Below are positions 10,220 through 18,302 of a DNA stretch of 64,000 nt, in pieces (the stretch's first letter is position 1; every line of letters begins with the position of its first letter). The DNA comes from Candidatus Moraniibacteriota bacterium (GTDB taxonomy: Bacteria > Patescibacteriota > Minisyncoccia > Moranbacterales > UBA1568). A program made the translations under genes and the position numbers. The DNA lies in contig JBPOIB010000007.1 of assembly GCA_052034935.1 (NCBI GenBank), positions 134-64,133 of the forward strand. The letters run 5' to 3'. The notes under the pieces were generated by a model. It searched no databases and was not told the DNA's origin. It saw nothing but the letters and a program-made list of their open reading frames with translations.

Positions 10220-10937
10220 AGCTAAATTCGCACACCTTCGGACCTTTCTCGCCGATCTTTTTTTCCCGCTTCATTGCTTCGGTTGCGAGCAAGAAGGAAC
10301 GCTCGCATGCAGCCGCTGCCTTGCTTCCATTCCGGAACGGGAATACCAAGAATGCCCGAACTGCCGCCGGCCTTATCAGAAAAACGGTGCCACGTGCCGC
10401 GAGTGCCGGAAATCAATCGCGCTTGATGGCCTCTTTATCGCTCGACCTTACCGCCACCGACTCGTCCAGAAGTTCATCTTCGCCCTAAAGTACCGCTTCA
10501 TCGATACGGCCGCTGAGCCCCTTGCTGCACTCCTCGCGGAAAGTATTTCTCATCATCCCTTTCCGCTCCCTGACATCGTCATCCCCGTTCCGCTCCATCC
10601 ACGGCGGAACCGGTACCGAGGATTCAACCAGGCAGTAGTCATCGCCGAAAAGCTCATGGCGCTCCTCCTTCCTGGAGTCCCTATTCCTGTCCGGAGCGAC
10701 ATCCTTCGTCGGATACGTTTCACAAAGCCACAGATGAAGACCGATTCTAAAGCGGAACGGATAGTCAATCTCTCAGCCGCTTTCGAAGTACCGCTTGAAA
10801 CAGCCGGACCGGTTGTCGGAAAAAGTATCTGGCTCATCGATGATGTCGCCACGACTGGCACAACGCTCAACGCCTGCGCCCGAACACTCAAAGAGGCCGG
10901 GGCAAAATCCGTCTGGGGAGTTGTTGTCGCCCGCTAG
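10197..10937 (+). CDS. comF: ComF family protein (phosphoribosyltransferase domain with N-terminal 4-Cys zinc finger)
   Basis: C-x2-C...C-x2-C followed by a PRTase motif LIDDVATTGTT; overlaps the clpC stop by 23 nt. Confidence 0.8.
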   Translation: MTPSSPAKAKFAHLRTFLADLFFPLHCFGCEQEGTLACSRCLASIPEREYQECPNCRRPYQKNGATCRECRKSIALDGLFIARPYRHRLVQKFIFALKYRFIDTAAEPLAALLAESISHHPFPLPDIVIPVPLHPRRNRYRGFNQAVVIAEKLMALLLPGVPIPVRSDILRRIRFTKPQMKTDSKAERIVNLSAAFEVPLETAGPVVGKSIWLIDDVATTGTTLNACARTLKEAGAKSVWGVVVAR

Positions 10938-11944
10938 TGAGAAGACCCTTGTTTCGTCTGTGCTTGAAAAAAATCCCAGATGATATCGTCGGCATTAATT
11001 GCGACCGACGGGGTTTTGCCACGCACGCTTCGACCTCCGGGCCAGGAATGCCCACCTGTTTCGGTGACTACGATTTCGATCTGTGACTGATTTTTCTGAG
11101 ATACATACAAGTCACCATAAGCACCTGGAACATCCAGCACACGCTTCGGTACCGAGTCCGCCTGATTACGTTCAATCCAGCGCTCAGCCGTTTCCTGGAC
11201 CGAAATAAAGTCCGTTACCTTGGATTCGTCGCGAAAAGCATCTTCGCCCGCGCCACCCGTGAAGATTACGTGTGTATCGTCCTTGGCATGGATATGCATC
11301 ACTGAAATCGGCCGTGAGGGACGGCAGGCCGGATTACCGTCCGTTCCGGCGACCGAAGCGACGGCCGCGAACGTATCGGCCATCGTGCAGGCCAGCGTAT
11401 GAGCGAACATTCCCCCATTCGACATACCGGTGGCGAATATCTTATTCGGATCGATATTGACCTGGCGCTCGATGTCCGCGATCACTTGTTTCGTGAAACT
11501 GACATCGTCAATTTTCTGATCGCGTGCATACCCGCAGCACGTCCCCGCATTCCAGGTCGCGAGGTGCTGACGCGGGAGACGGCTCGACCCATTCGGAAAA
11601 GCCACGATAAAACCTTCTTTTTCGGCTTTTTCTTTCCACCCATAATCAGCCGCGGCCTGTTCCATGTGACCGCCACCGCCATGGAAGAAAAGGACAAGTG
11701 GGGTCGGCTGCGAAGCATCATACGCTTTCGGGATATACAAGAGGTACTTCCGCCTGTCCCCGATCTTAAATTCGTGTTCTCCAGTACCGAGGGTAAAATC
11801 CGGCGTCATATCCTGACTGACTGGCAATGTTGCCGCTGGTTCGGATGAAACGAGACGCTCAGCTGAACGTCTATTCTGGCGCTGAATAACGATGAGAAAG
11901 ACAAGCACAAGGACAATAACGAGGACGACGGTACCAGTACGCAT
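10934..11944 (-). CDS. Alpha/beta-hydrolase esterase, polyhydroxybutyrate depolymerase (LpqC) family
   Basis: GMSNGG nucleophile elbow; N-terminal TM/signal anchor MRTGTVVLVIVLVLVFLIV. The ORF track starts at 12010; the internal start at 11944 is favoured. Confidence 0.7.
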   Translation of the reverse strand: MRTGTVVLVIVLVLVFLIVIQRQNRRSAERLVSSEPAATLPVSQDMTPDFTLGTGEHEFKIGDRRKYLLYIPKAYDASQPTPLVLFFHGGGGHMEQAAADYGWKEKAEKEGFIVAFPNGSSRLPRQHLATWNAGTCCGYARDQKIDDVSFTKQVIADIERQVNIDPNKIFATGMSNGGMFAHTLACTMADTFAAVASVAGTDGNPACRPSRPISVMHIHAKDDTHVIFTGGAGEDAFRDESKVTDFISVQETAERWIERNQADSVPKRVLDVPGAYGDLYVSQKNQSQIEIVVTETGGHSWPGGRSVRGKTPSVAINADDIIWDFFQAQTKQGSSH

Positions 11945-12006
11945 AGTGATAAATCTCGTTCGGATTATAGAGCTATAATACACCCTCGACACCGTGAAAG
12001 AATCAG

Positions 12007-13557
12007 TCAACTCTTGAGACCGAGCTTTTTGAGGCGCGCTCGAATCGCACCGTCGGTCCGGGAAAAAATTCTAGCAAGCTCAGCTGTTTGCTTGCCGATA
12101 CCGTACTCGCGCCGGAGTTTCCTGTCTTCCTCATCGCTCCAGCCCTTGTACGCTTTCGGTTTCTTCTTGCGCAGTTTTTCTATCGATGACAACTTCGGCT
12201 GGCTAGTGCTCTGTTTTGATATATCGCCTCCTTTTTTCAGTGGCCCGGCAAAAGCGACTTGTTTCTGCAGGCGTTCACCTTTCGGTAGCGCCGCAAATTC
12301 ATTTTTGGCCTGATCAGATTCCCGCCGGAGCTCGGCATCACGTGCCTGGACGGTCGGGTGCACCTGAAGCGCCTGCTCATTGAGGCCGCGGATGTAGAGT
12401 CCGGACAATCGCCGGACGCGCGACAAAGCAACATAGCCCATCCCGAACTCAAACGACTTCCGGAGGTCGATTTCCGCCGCATCGAGGCTCATACCCTGAC
12501 TCTTGTGCACCGTCACCGCCCACGCGAGCCGGAGCGGCAATTGCTCGATGGAGGCCACAACCTCATCACCATCCGAGAGCTGCCACTCAGCGGACGTCAC
12601 CACCACCTCGCGGCCAGCGAAAGTCTCAACGACCGGCATTTTCGTTTCTTCGTTAAAGCTCGTGATCCGTCCGAGTGTTCCGTTCACGTAGCCGTTTTCA
12701 AAATTGTTCTTCACGAACATCACTTGTGCACCGACTTTCAGCACCAGCCGTTCCGGAGCGAGACAGTTCTTCTGGAGTGTCTCGACGAGCTTCTTCTTTC
12801 CCCAGGACTTCATGCTGTAGGCGTACGCCTGCCCCTTGATCCGGTGGAGGCGATGGTCGTTGAGCACATCCACATCGGCGTTGTGAGTGAAAAGCTTCGC
12901 GACATCATTCGCGGTCACCTCTTCGGACTGCAGCGCTTCAACACGCTCTTCCAAAATGGCATAGGTATCCTCGGTCACTTTCCCGGTCCGGATGGCATTG
13001 AGGAGACTTTTCAGCCGGTCGTCCTCATGCCGATGCTGTTCCTCGAGATAGCATATTTTGACACCCATCGCCTGCCACGCCACTCCTTCGAAAGCGAAAC
13101 GGGCTTTCTTGCCACCTTTGGAGACCGGCGGCAACTGGAAGAAATCCCCACAAAGCACCACCTGCAGGCCGCCGAAGGGAAGGAAGGGATCTTTGGTCGC
13201 GCGACAGACTTGCTCCACGGCGTCGAGCCGATCGGCGTCGAGCATCGAGATTTCGTCAATGATGAGCACCTTGGTCCGGCGATAGCGCGCGTGGAGCTCG
13301 CCATCGGTCGCCAGTTCTTTAGCCTCCTGCCAGGTCAGCCCTTCGCGAATACCAATCCCCGACCAAGCATGGATCGTCTGGCCGTTCATATGTGTGGCGG
13401 CGATTCCGGTCGAAGCCGTCACGGCTACTCCGATTCCCTGTCGCTTCAGATACTCGATGTACTGGTTCAAAATGAATGTTTTCCCACTCCCGGCCGGGCC
13501 GGTCAGAAAGACATTTTGCCCCATTTTGAGGATTTCGAGGGCAGTTTTCTGGGTCAT
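12007..13557 (-). CDS. PIF1/RecD-family ATP-dependent DNA helicase with basic C-terminal HTH-like tail
   Basis: Walker A GPAGSGKTF; Walker B VLIIDEISM; PIF1 signature motifs; C-terminal KKPKAYKGWSDEEDRKLRREYG region. Confidence 0.85.
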   Translation of the reverse strand: MTQKTALEILKMGQNVFLTGPAGSGKTFILNQYIEYLKRQGIGVAVTASTGIAATHMNGQTIHAWSGIGIREGLTWQEAKELATDGELHARYRRTKVLIIDEISMLDADRLDAVEQVCRATKDPFLPFGGLQVVLCGDFFQLPPVSKGGKKARFAFEGVAWQAMGVKICYLEEQHRHEDDRLKSLLNAIRTGKVTEDTYAILEERVEALQSEEVTANDVAKLFTHNADVDVLNDHRLHRIKGQAYAYSMKSWGKKKLVETLQKNCLAPERLVLKVGAQVMFVKNNFENGYVNGTLGRITSFNEETKMPVVETFAGREVVVTSAEWQLSDGDEVVASIEQLPLRLAWAVTVHKSQGMSLDAAEIDLRKSFEFGMGYVALSRVRRLSGLYIRGLNEQALQVHPTVQARDAELRRESDQAKNEFAALPKGERLQKQVAFAGPLKKGGDISKQSTSQPKLSSIEKLRKKKPKAYKGWSDEEDRKLRREYGIGKQTAELARIFSRTDGAIRARLKKLGLKS

Positions 13558-13665
13558 ATTAGGAGAACTTCTTTAGGTCACGCATCATCCTACTGTAGAC
13601 GAGCGGGGCGAAAAAAGCCACCAGATTATTCGGATGGCTTCTTCGCAAAAATAAGGCTTTTCGCC

Positions 13666-14085
13666 CTACCCTACGAGGCTCAGCGTCGCGGCGGCAATCA
13701 TGAGGCAAGCCAAAGAACCACCGGCCATGATAGCTGTTTTCTTCACCATCCACTGTTTCGGTGTGCCGCCGAACATGACGGCGCTCACCTGTGTCGGCAC
13801 GATGAAACCAAGCCAGAAGAATCCGGCAATGCCATACGTATTCCACTCCAAGGGTAGCCCCGCGACAAAGAGCGCCAAGACAAAGGTCGTCATGAGCGTC
13901 CCGAGAAATTGGATTCCGAGATACGGCCACATCTCTTTTTGCGCCGCATCCTGCTCTTCATCGGAAAGCTGGTAGTAACCGTGCATCGCTCCCCATGTCT
14001 TGCCGAAAAGCGGCATATACCACACCCAGCCTACGATAAGCTGCAGTATGGTCGCGATGATGATAGCAAGATAATTAAGCTCCAT
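13666..14085 (-). CDS. DUF1761-family membrane protein
   Basis: 139 aa, four TM helices; W/Y-rich N-terminus typical of DUF1761. Confidence 0.6.
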   Translation of the reverse strand: MELNYLAIIIATILQLIVGWVWYMPLFGKTWGAMHGYYQLSDEEQDAAQKEMWPYLGIQFLGTLMTTFVLALFVAGLPLEWNTYGIAGFFWLGFIVPTQVSAVMFGGTPKQWMVKKTAIMAGGSLACLMIAAATLSLVG

Positions 14086-14186
14086 AGAAAAAATAAATGA
14101 TTATTTCCCCTTCACTATAACGTAAAATCTCCAAGTCACAAGACTGGAAATGCTATCGGTACGGACCAGGCTCTGCGGCACATTTT

Positions 14187-14747
14187 TTAGCTCTCATTGT
14201 TTACCTCATAGCGGAAGATGACACCACCATTCTGAAGCGATCGAGACTCCAAGAGTTTGAGGTTACGGGTCATATATTCATCAGTAAACAGTCTCCGGCC
14301 CTTACCAAGGATGATCGGGGCCACACACAAGCGAATCTCATCGATCATTCCAGCATTCAGAAGGGACTCCGTGAGCTTTCCACTCCCGAAAATATACATC
14401 GGCCGTTCACCCTGTTCTTTGAGCTGCCCCAGCTCGCTTACGGCATCATGGATAATTGTCGTGTTGTTCCACTCGGCCTTTTCGAGTGTCGTCGAGCACA
14501 CGACCTTCGCGATGCTCTTCATGAGCGGTGTCACCTCCCCCTCCGCATCCGCGGTCGGCCAGTAGTCAGCCATGCCCTGGTAGGTATTCTTGCCGAAGAC
14601 CAACATGTCCGCCTCACGCAGTTGCTCGAGACTGAGCGTTTCGAGTTCCGGCCCCCAGACGAGGGTGTGGAAAGATAGGTCCCACGGCTTCCCCCCTTCG
14701 AAACAGCCGTCAACCGTCACCACATTCCACACGATTATTTTTCTCAT
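14187..14747 (-). CDS. Dihydrofolate reductase family protein (RibD C-terminal domain)
   Basis: 186 aa; motifs VWNVVTVDG...FGKNTY...IFGSGKL. Confidence 0.75.
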   Translation of the reverse strand: MRKIIVWNVVTVDGCFEGGKPWDLSFHTLVWGPELETLSLEQLREADMLVFGKNTYQGMADYWPTADAEGEVTPLMKSIAKVVCSTTLEKAEWNNTTIIHDAVSELGQLKEQGERPMYIFGSGKLTESLLNAGMIDEIRLCVAPIILGKGRRLFTDEYMTRNLKLLESRSLQNGGVIFRYEVNNES

Positions 14748-14867
14748 AGCCTTGTTATGATTAAATACTGAAGTAATGAATAGCCTCTAAGAACTGACTT
14801 TCTCACCCCACTCTCTCATCATCGCCAAAAAAATACCAGGCCCCATTCAGGATCCTGGTATTTTTCT

Positions 14868-14959
14868 TGGTGCGGAGAGGGAGGGATTCGAACCCTCGAG
14901 GGTGATTAAACCCCGCCACGTTAGCAGTGTGGTGCCTTAAGCCGCTCGGCCACCTCTCC
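14868..14959 (-). tRNA. tRNA-Ser (anticodon GCU), class II with long variable arm
   Basis: Minus-strand GGAGAGGTGGCCGAGCGGCTTAAGGCACCACACTGCTAACGTGG...GAGGGTTCGAATCCCTCCCTCTCCG(CACCA). Anticodon loop CTGCTAA, T-loop TTCGAAT, 7-bp acceptor stem. The 3' tail is GCACCA, so the exact 3' end is ambiguous (14868 or 14873). Confidence 0.85.
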
Positions 14960-15212
14960 ATGTTTCATCCTGTCCAGAAACGATACGCCTGAACGCTTCG
15001 CCTCCTTTGTAGGATTTTACCAATTTTTCTATCCGCCTCGCTTCTGCTATATCGTCGAAGATTTTATAGCTGACTAATTGCCATTCGCCATTTCGCGTAG
15101 TTTGACCACCCGTATGGTTCTTATGGCGCGCTAGACGAGTAGAAAGTTCAAGACATGATCCGGTGTAATACTTACCGCTTATCTTGTCCTGAAGAATATA
15201 CGCGTATGGCAT
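14937..15212 (-). CDS. GIY-YIG nuclease family protein (UPF0213/YhbQ-like, about 92 aa)
   Basis: MPYAYILQD...GKYYTGS...RLARH matches the GIY-YIG core. The track ORF (14937-15299) carries 29 extra N-terminal codons that are simply translated tRNA-like sequence. Its stop codon is the TAA in the D-loop of tRNA-Ser. Confidence 0.7.
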   Translation of the reverse strand: MPYAYILQDKISGKYYTGSCLELSTRLARHKNHTGGQTTRNGEWQLVSYKIFDDIAEARRIEKLVKSYKGGEAFRRIVSGQDETWRGGRAA

Positions 15213-15216
15213 ATCT

Positions 15217-15291
15217 TTAAACCCCGCCACGTTAGCAGCCTGCCCCGCCTTGGCGGGGTGAAGTGCCTTAAGCCGCTCGGCCACCTCTCCA
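15217..15291 (-). repeat. Partial direct duplicate of tRNA-Ser (5' acceptor/D-arm plus anticodon loop-variable arm start; no T-arm)
   Basis: 28-nt and 22-nt blocks identical to tRNA-Ser at 14906-14960, separated by a 24-nt GC hairpin CCCCGCC-AAG-GCGGGG. Confidence 0.8.
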
Positions 15292-15339
15292 AAATTCACG
15301 CTTTACTCTAGCATAGCCGACTCTCCCCTTCAAGCCTAG

Positions 15340-15395
15340 GGAAACGGGCAAAAAAAGAGGCGGGCCGGTCCATGAGAGGGCCGGTCCGCCAGGGC
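15340..15395 (-). terminator. Probable intrinsic terminator of the desaturase gene (GC-rich imperfect hairpin followed by a U-run)
   Basis: Minus-strand GGCGGACCGGCCC..GACCGGCCCGCC followed by TCTTTTTTTG. Confidence 0.35.
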
Positions 15396-15408
15396 TTCTT
15401 TGTCGGCT

Positions 15409-16551
15409 TTACGACAGCTTGAGGCGGGCGAGTTTGCCCGCAAGTGCCCGGAGCCCCTCCGAGCCGCTCCGGAGCGCCGCATCACGCCAATGCATGAGTT
15501 CAACCAGAAGCTCGGTCTTGGAACGGTAATGCTTCGCCTCACCCGGTTCCGGGTCAGGTTCCGTCCAGAGCCTGATGAGCCGCTCGCGCATCGCTTCCCA
15601 ATCGACCGGTTCGTGCCGGTACTTCCGCCTCGTCTCATCGAACCAGCGGAGCGCCTGGTAGCGGAAGCAGATGATTGCCTCCACGGTAGCATCATCCCAG
15701 CGCTCGTTCGGGGCGAGCCTCACTTCAGGCGGAAGCCGGTCGACGCGGACGCGGGCGAGACCGAGATACGAAAGGGTGGCGATGTAGAGCCAGCCAATAT
15801 CGAACTCGTAGGGCTTGACCGAGAACTTGGCCGAGGTCGGATAGGTGTGGTGGTTGTTGTGGAGCTCCTCGCCACCGATGAGAATGCCCCAGGGCGAGAC
15901 GTTGGTCGAGGCATCAGCCGGGTCGAAATTGCGATAGCCCCACCAGTGGCCGAGGCCGTTGATGACACCCGTCGCCCACCAAGGGATCCAGACCATCTGC
16001 ACCGCCCAGACCGTCAGTCCGATCGCCCCGAAGAGGATGACATCGAGAACGAGCATTACGGCTACGCCCCACTTGCTCCAGGGAGTATAGAGATTCCGCT
16101 CGATCCAATCATCCGGCGTATTGCGGCCGTACTTCTCGATCGTCTCAGGATGAGCGGCTTCAGCCCGATAGAGTTCCACGCCGGTGAGGAGGAGCGCCTT
16201 GATGCCTCGGGTCTGCGGACTATGGGGATCCTCCTCGGTCTCGCATTTGGCATGGTGCTTGCGGTGCACCGCCACAAATTCCTTCGTGACCATGCCGGTG
16301 CCGATCCACAGCCAGAAACGGAAGAAATGCGACGGAATCGCGTGCAGATCCAGTGCCCGATGTGCCTGCGCGCGGTGGAGGAAAATGGTGACGGCCGAGA
16401 TGGTGATATGCGTCGTCACCAGCGTATACAGCAGAATCTGCCACCACGCTGAATCGATAGCGCCATGAGCGAGCCAATCGATGATGGCATCGCGAATAGT
16501 TTCCATAAGGGAGTCTCCTTCGAAACGTTGAAAGGCTGACAGAATTGTCAA
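15409..16551 (-). CDS. Membrane fatty-acid (acyl-lipid/acyl-CoA) desaturase
   Basis: 380 aa; histidine boxes HRKHH and HNNHH plus HRAxxH; multiple TM helices; the gene is 60-75% GC. Confidence 0.8.
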   Translation of the reverse strand: MTILSAFQRFEGDSLMETIRDAIIDWLAHGAIDSAWWQILLYTLVTTHITISAVTIFLHRAQAHRALDLHAIPSHFFRFWLWIGTGMVTKEFVAVHRKHHAKCETEEDPHSPQTRGIKALLLTGVELYRAEAAHPETIEKYGRNTPDDWIERNLYTPWSKWGVAVMLVLDVILFGAIGLTVWAVQMVWIPWWATGVINGLGHWWGYRNFDPADASTNVSPWGILIGGEELHNNHHTYPTSAKFSVKPYEFDIGWLYIATLSYLGLARVRVDRLPPEVRLAPNERWDDATVEAIICFRYQALRWFDETRRKYRHEPVDWEAMRERLIRLWTEPDPEPGEAKHYRSKTELLVELMHWRDAALRSGSEGLRALAGKLARLKLS

Positions 16552-16597
16552 AAAGCTGAGCTCATTATAAAAGTTTTTTCAGCTTTTACCAGAGCTT

Positions 16598-16635
16598 CAG
16601 TAAAAAAGAAAAAACACTCCATTTCTGGAGCGTTT
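16598..16635 (-). terminator. Intrinsic terminator of the nitroreductase gene
   Basis: Minus-strand CGCTCCA-GAAA-TGGAGTG followed by TTTTTTCTTTTTT. Confidence 0.6.
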
Positions 16636-16650
16636 TCCTCGCGAAAAGTC

Positions 16651-17286
16651 TTATTTCACGAACATGACCACATCATCGAATTCGCGACGAACCTTCGGAC
16701 GGGCCGCCGAAGTGTCTTCCCTCCGGTACCCGAGCGCGAGCATCACCGTCGACGTCAGATTCTTTTCCCGGAGGCCGAGAATCTCATCGACCGCAGTCGG
16801 GTCGAACCCTTCCATCGCCGCATTGTCGATACCGAGGAGTGAGGCGGTCTCCATCATCATGCCGAGGGCGATATACGCCTGACGAGCATTCCAGTTGTCG
16901 AGCGCTATATCGTCACGGCTCGCGATCACCCCGTCGAGCATCTGCTTGAACCCGTCGAGCGAAGCAAAGTCCTGATTCTGGATTTTCGCCGTCCGAGTGA
17001 TTCGCTCACCAACAATTTTCTCGCGCGCATCGGTCCGTCGGGCGATGACGACGAGATGTGATGCCTCGCTTACTTTCGGCTGGCCATAGCTCGCGGCCTG
17101 GATGTTCTCTCGGACCTTGGCATTCTCGATAACGATGAACTGCCACGGTTCGAGCCCGAACGAGCTTGGCGCGAGCCGCGCGCTTTCGAGGATAGTTGCA
17201 AGGTCTGCCTCCCCGATTTTTTTTGCCGAATCGAAATTCTGCACGGCAAAGCGCCACTCGAGCGCTTTGACGATATGCTCTTGCAT
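16651..17286 (-). CDS. Nitroreductase family NAD(P)H-dependent oxidoreductase
   Basis: 211 aa; nitroreductase fold motifs (RRAVRNF-like WRFAVQNF, PSSFGLEPW). Confidence 0.8.
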   Translation of the reverse strand: MQEHIVKALEWRFAVQNFDSAKKIGEADLATILESARLAPSSFGLEPWQFIVIENAKVRENIQAASYGQPKVSEASHLVVIARRTDAREKIVGERITRTAKIQNQDFASLDGFKQMLDGVIASRDDIALDNWNARQAYIALGMMMETASLLGIDNAAMEGFDPTAVDEILGLREKNLTSTVMLALGYRREDTSAARPKVRREFDDVVMFVK

Positions 17287-17308
17287 ACGTTGTATAATAG
17301 AGGTATAT

Positions 17309-17370
17309 TACACACTGCTTTAAACAGTGTAGTATTATATATAATATAGTACTACATAAAGTGTAGTACT
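17309..17370. promoter_or_regulatory. Two palindromic operator-like sites in the divergent nitroreductase/HxlR intergenic region
   Basis: Perfect AGTACTACA-TAAAG-TGTAGTACT at 17348-17370 and imperfect TACACACTG-N7-CAGTGTAGTA at 17309-17334; both share the half-site GTGTAGTA. Confidence 0.6.
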
Positions 17371-17379
17371 AAGTATCCT

Positions 17380-17709
17380 ATGAGTCAAGTCACCAACAAA
17401 AAGGACGCTTCCTCTGCCGGCTGTCCGAGAAAGGCCCTCGAAATTTTCGGTGATGTCCAGACACTCTCCATCATCGATACCCTCGCTTTGGGAGAGATGC
17501 GCTATTGCGAGCTCCAGCGAGCACTCGGCAACATGAACCCCGTCACGCTCGCCCGACGGCTCAAAAAACTCGAGGATGAGGGTATCGTTGAGCGGCGCGA
17601 GGAAACGGTCGACAAGCTCTCGGTCGCGTATCGCCTCAGGCCGAAAGGCGAGCATATGCTCCCCGTCCTCCGGAGTATCAAAGCCTTCGCAGAAAAATAC
17701 CTGCACTAG
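17380..17709 (+). CDS. HxlR/YodB-type (MarR-like, DUF24) redox-responsive transcriptional regulator
   Basis: 109 aa winged helix; N-terminal Cys in GCPRKALEIFGD resembles the YodB sensing Cys context. Confidence 0.8.
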   Translation: MSQVTNKKDASSAGCPRKALEIFGDVQTLSIIDTLALGEMRYCELQRALGNMNPVTLARRLKKLEDEGIVERREETVDKLSVAYRLRPKGEHMLPVLRSIKAFAEKYLH

Positions 17710-17714
17710 CTGCT

Positions 17715-18284
17715 ATGACTGCCTCAAAGAAAGTTCGCTGCCGCTGGGTCCCAGATGGAAATGAACTCTATACCGCCTATCATGACCAGGAATGGGGCCG
17801 CGCCGTTCGAGACGACAGCATCTTCTTCGAGTTCCTTATCCTCGAAAGTGCTCAAGCCGGACTCTCGTGGGAAACGATCCTGAAGCGGCGCGAGGGATAT
17901 CGGAAAGCCTTCGTTGGTTTTGATCCAGAAAAAGTTGCCCGATTCGGAAAGCGAGATATCGATCGTCTCGCCAAAGACGTTGGCATCATCCGCCACCGCC
18001 TGAAGATAGCTTCGACTATCAGTAACGCTCAGATTTTTCTCGCCATCCAGAAAGAATTCGGAAGCTTTACAAAATATGCCTGGAGTTTCGTTGGTGGGAA
18101 AACAAAGTTTCGCTCGAACAAAGAAACATCCGTTACGGGTCCTGAGGCTGAAGCTTTCGCTGCCGATTTGAAGAAACGTGGAGTGAAGTTCTTCGGCCCA
18201 GTGATCGCCTATGCCTTCATGCAGGCGACCGGCCTCGTCAACGACCATGAGCCTGCTTGTTTCCGTTTTCAGAAAAAATCTTAA
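17715..18284 (+). CDS. tag: DNA-3-methyladenine glycosylase I
   Basis: 189 aa; Tag motifs RCRWVPDGNELYTAYHDQEWG and AFMQATGLVNDHEPACF (zinc snap). Confidence 0.9.
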   Translation: MTASKKVRCRWVPDGNELYTAYHDQEWGRAVRDDSIFFEFLILESAQAGLSWETILKRREGYRKAFVGFDPEKVARFGKRDIDRLAKDVGIIRHRLKIASTISNAQIFLAIQKEFGSFTKYAWSFVGGKTKFRSNKETSVTGPEAEAFAADLKKRGVKFFGPVIAYAFMQATGLVNDHEPACFRFQKKS

Positions 18285-18302
18285 CTTATTACTCTCAAAA
18301 CC

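Noticed and set aside
12358-13857. 499-aa plus-strand ORF
   Set aside because: Antisense shadow of the PIF1 helicase gene in a GC-rich stretch; no motifs.
15213-15299. N-terminal 29 codons of the GIY-YIG track ORF (MNFGEVAERLKALHPAKAGQAANVAGFKD)
   Set aside because: They are the literal translation of the duplicated tRNA-Ser 5' half; the conserved GIY-YIG domain begins at the internal Met at 15212.
15400-16452. 350-aa plus-strand ORF, plus several 60-95-aa ORFs
   Set aside because: Antisense or alternative frames of the GC-rich desaturase gene; high GC suppresses stop codons.
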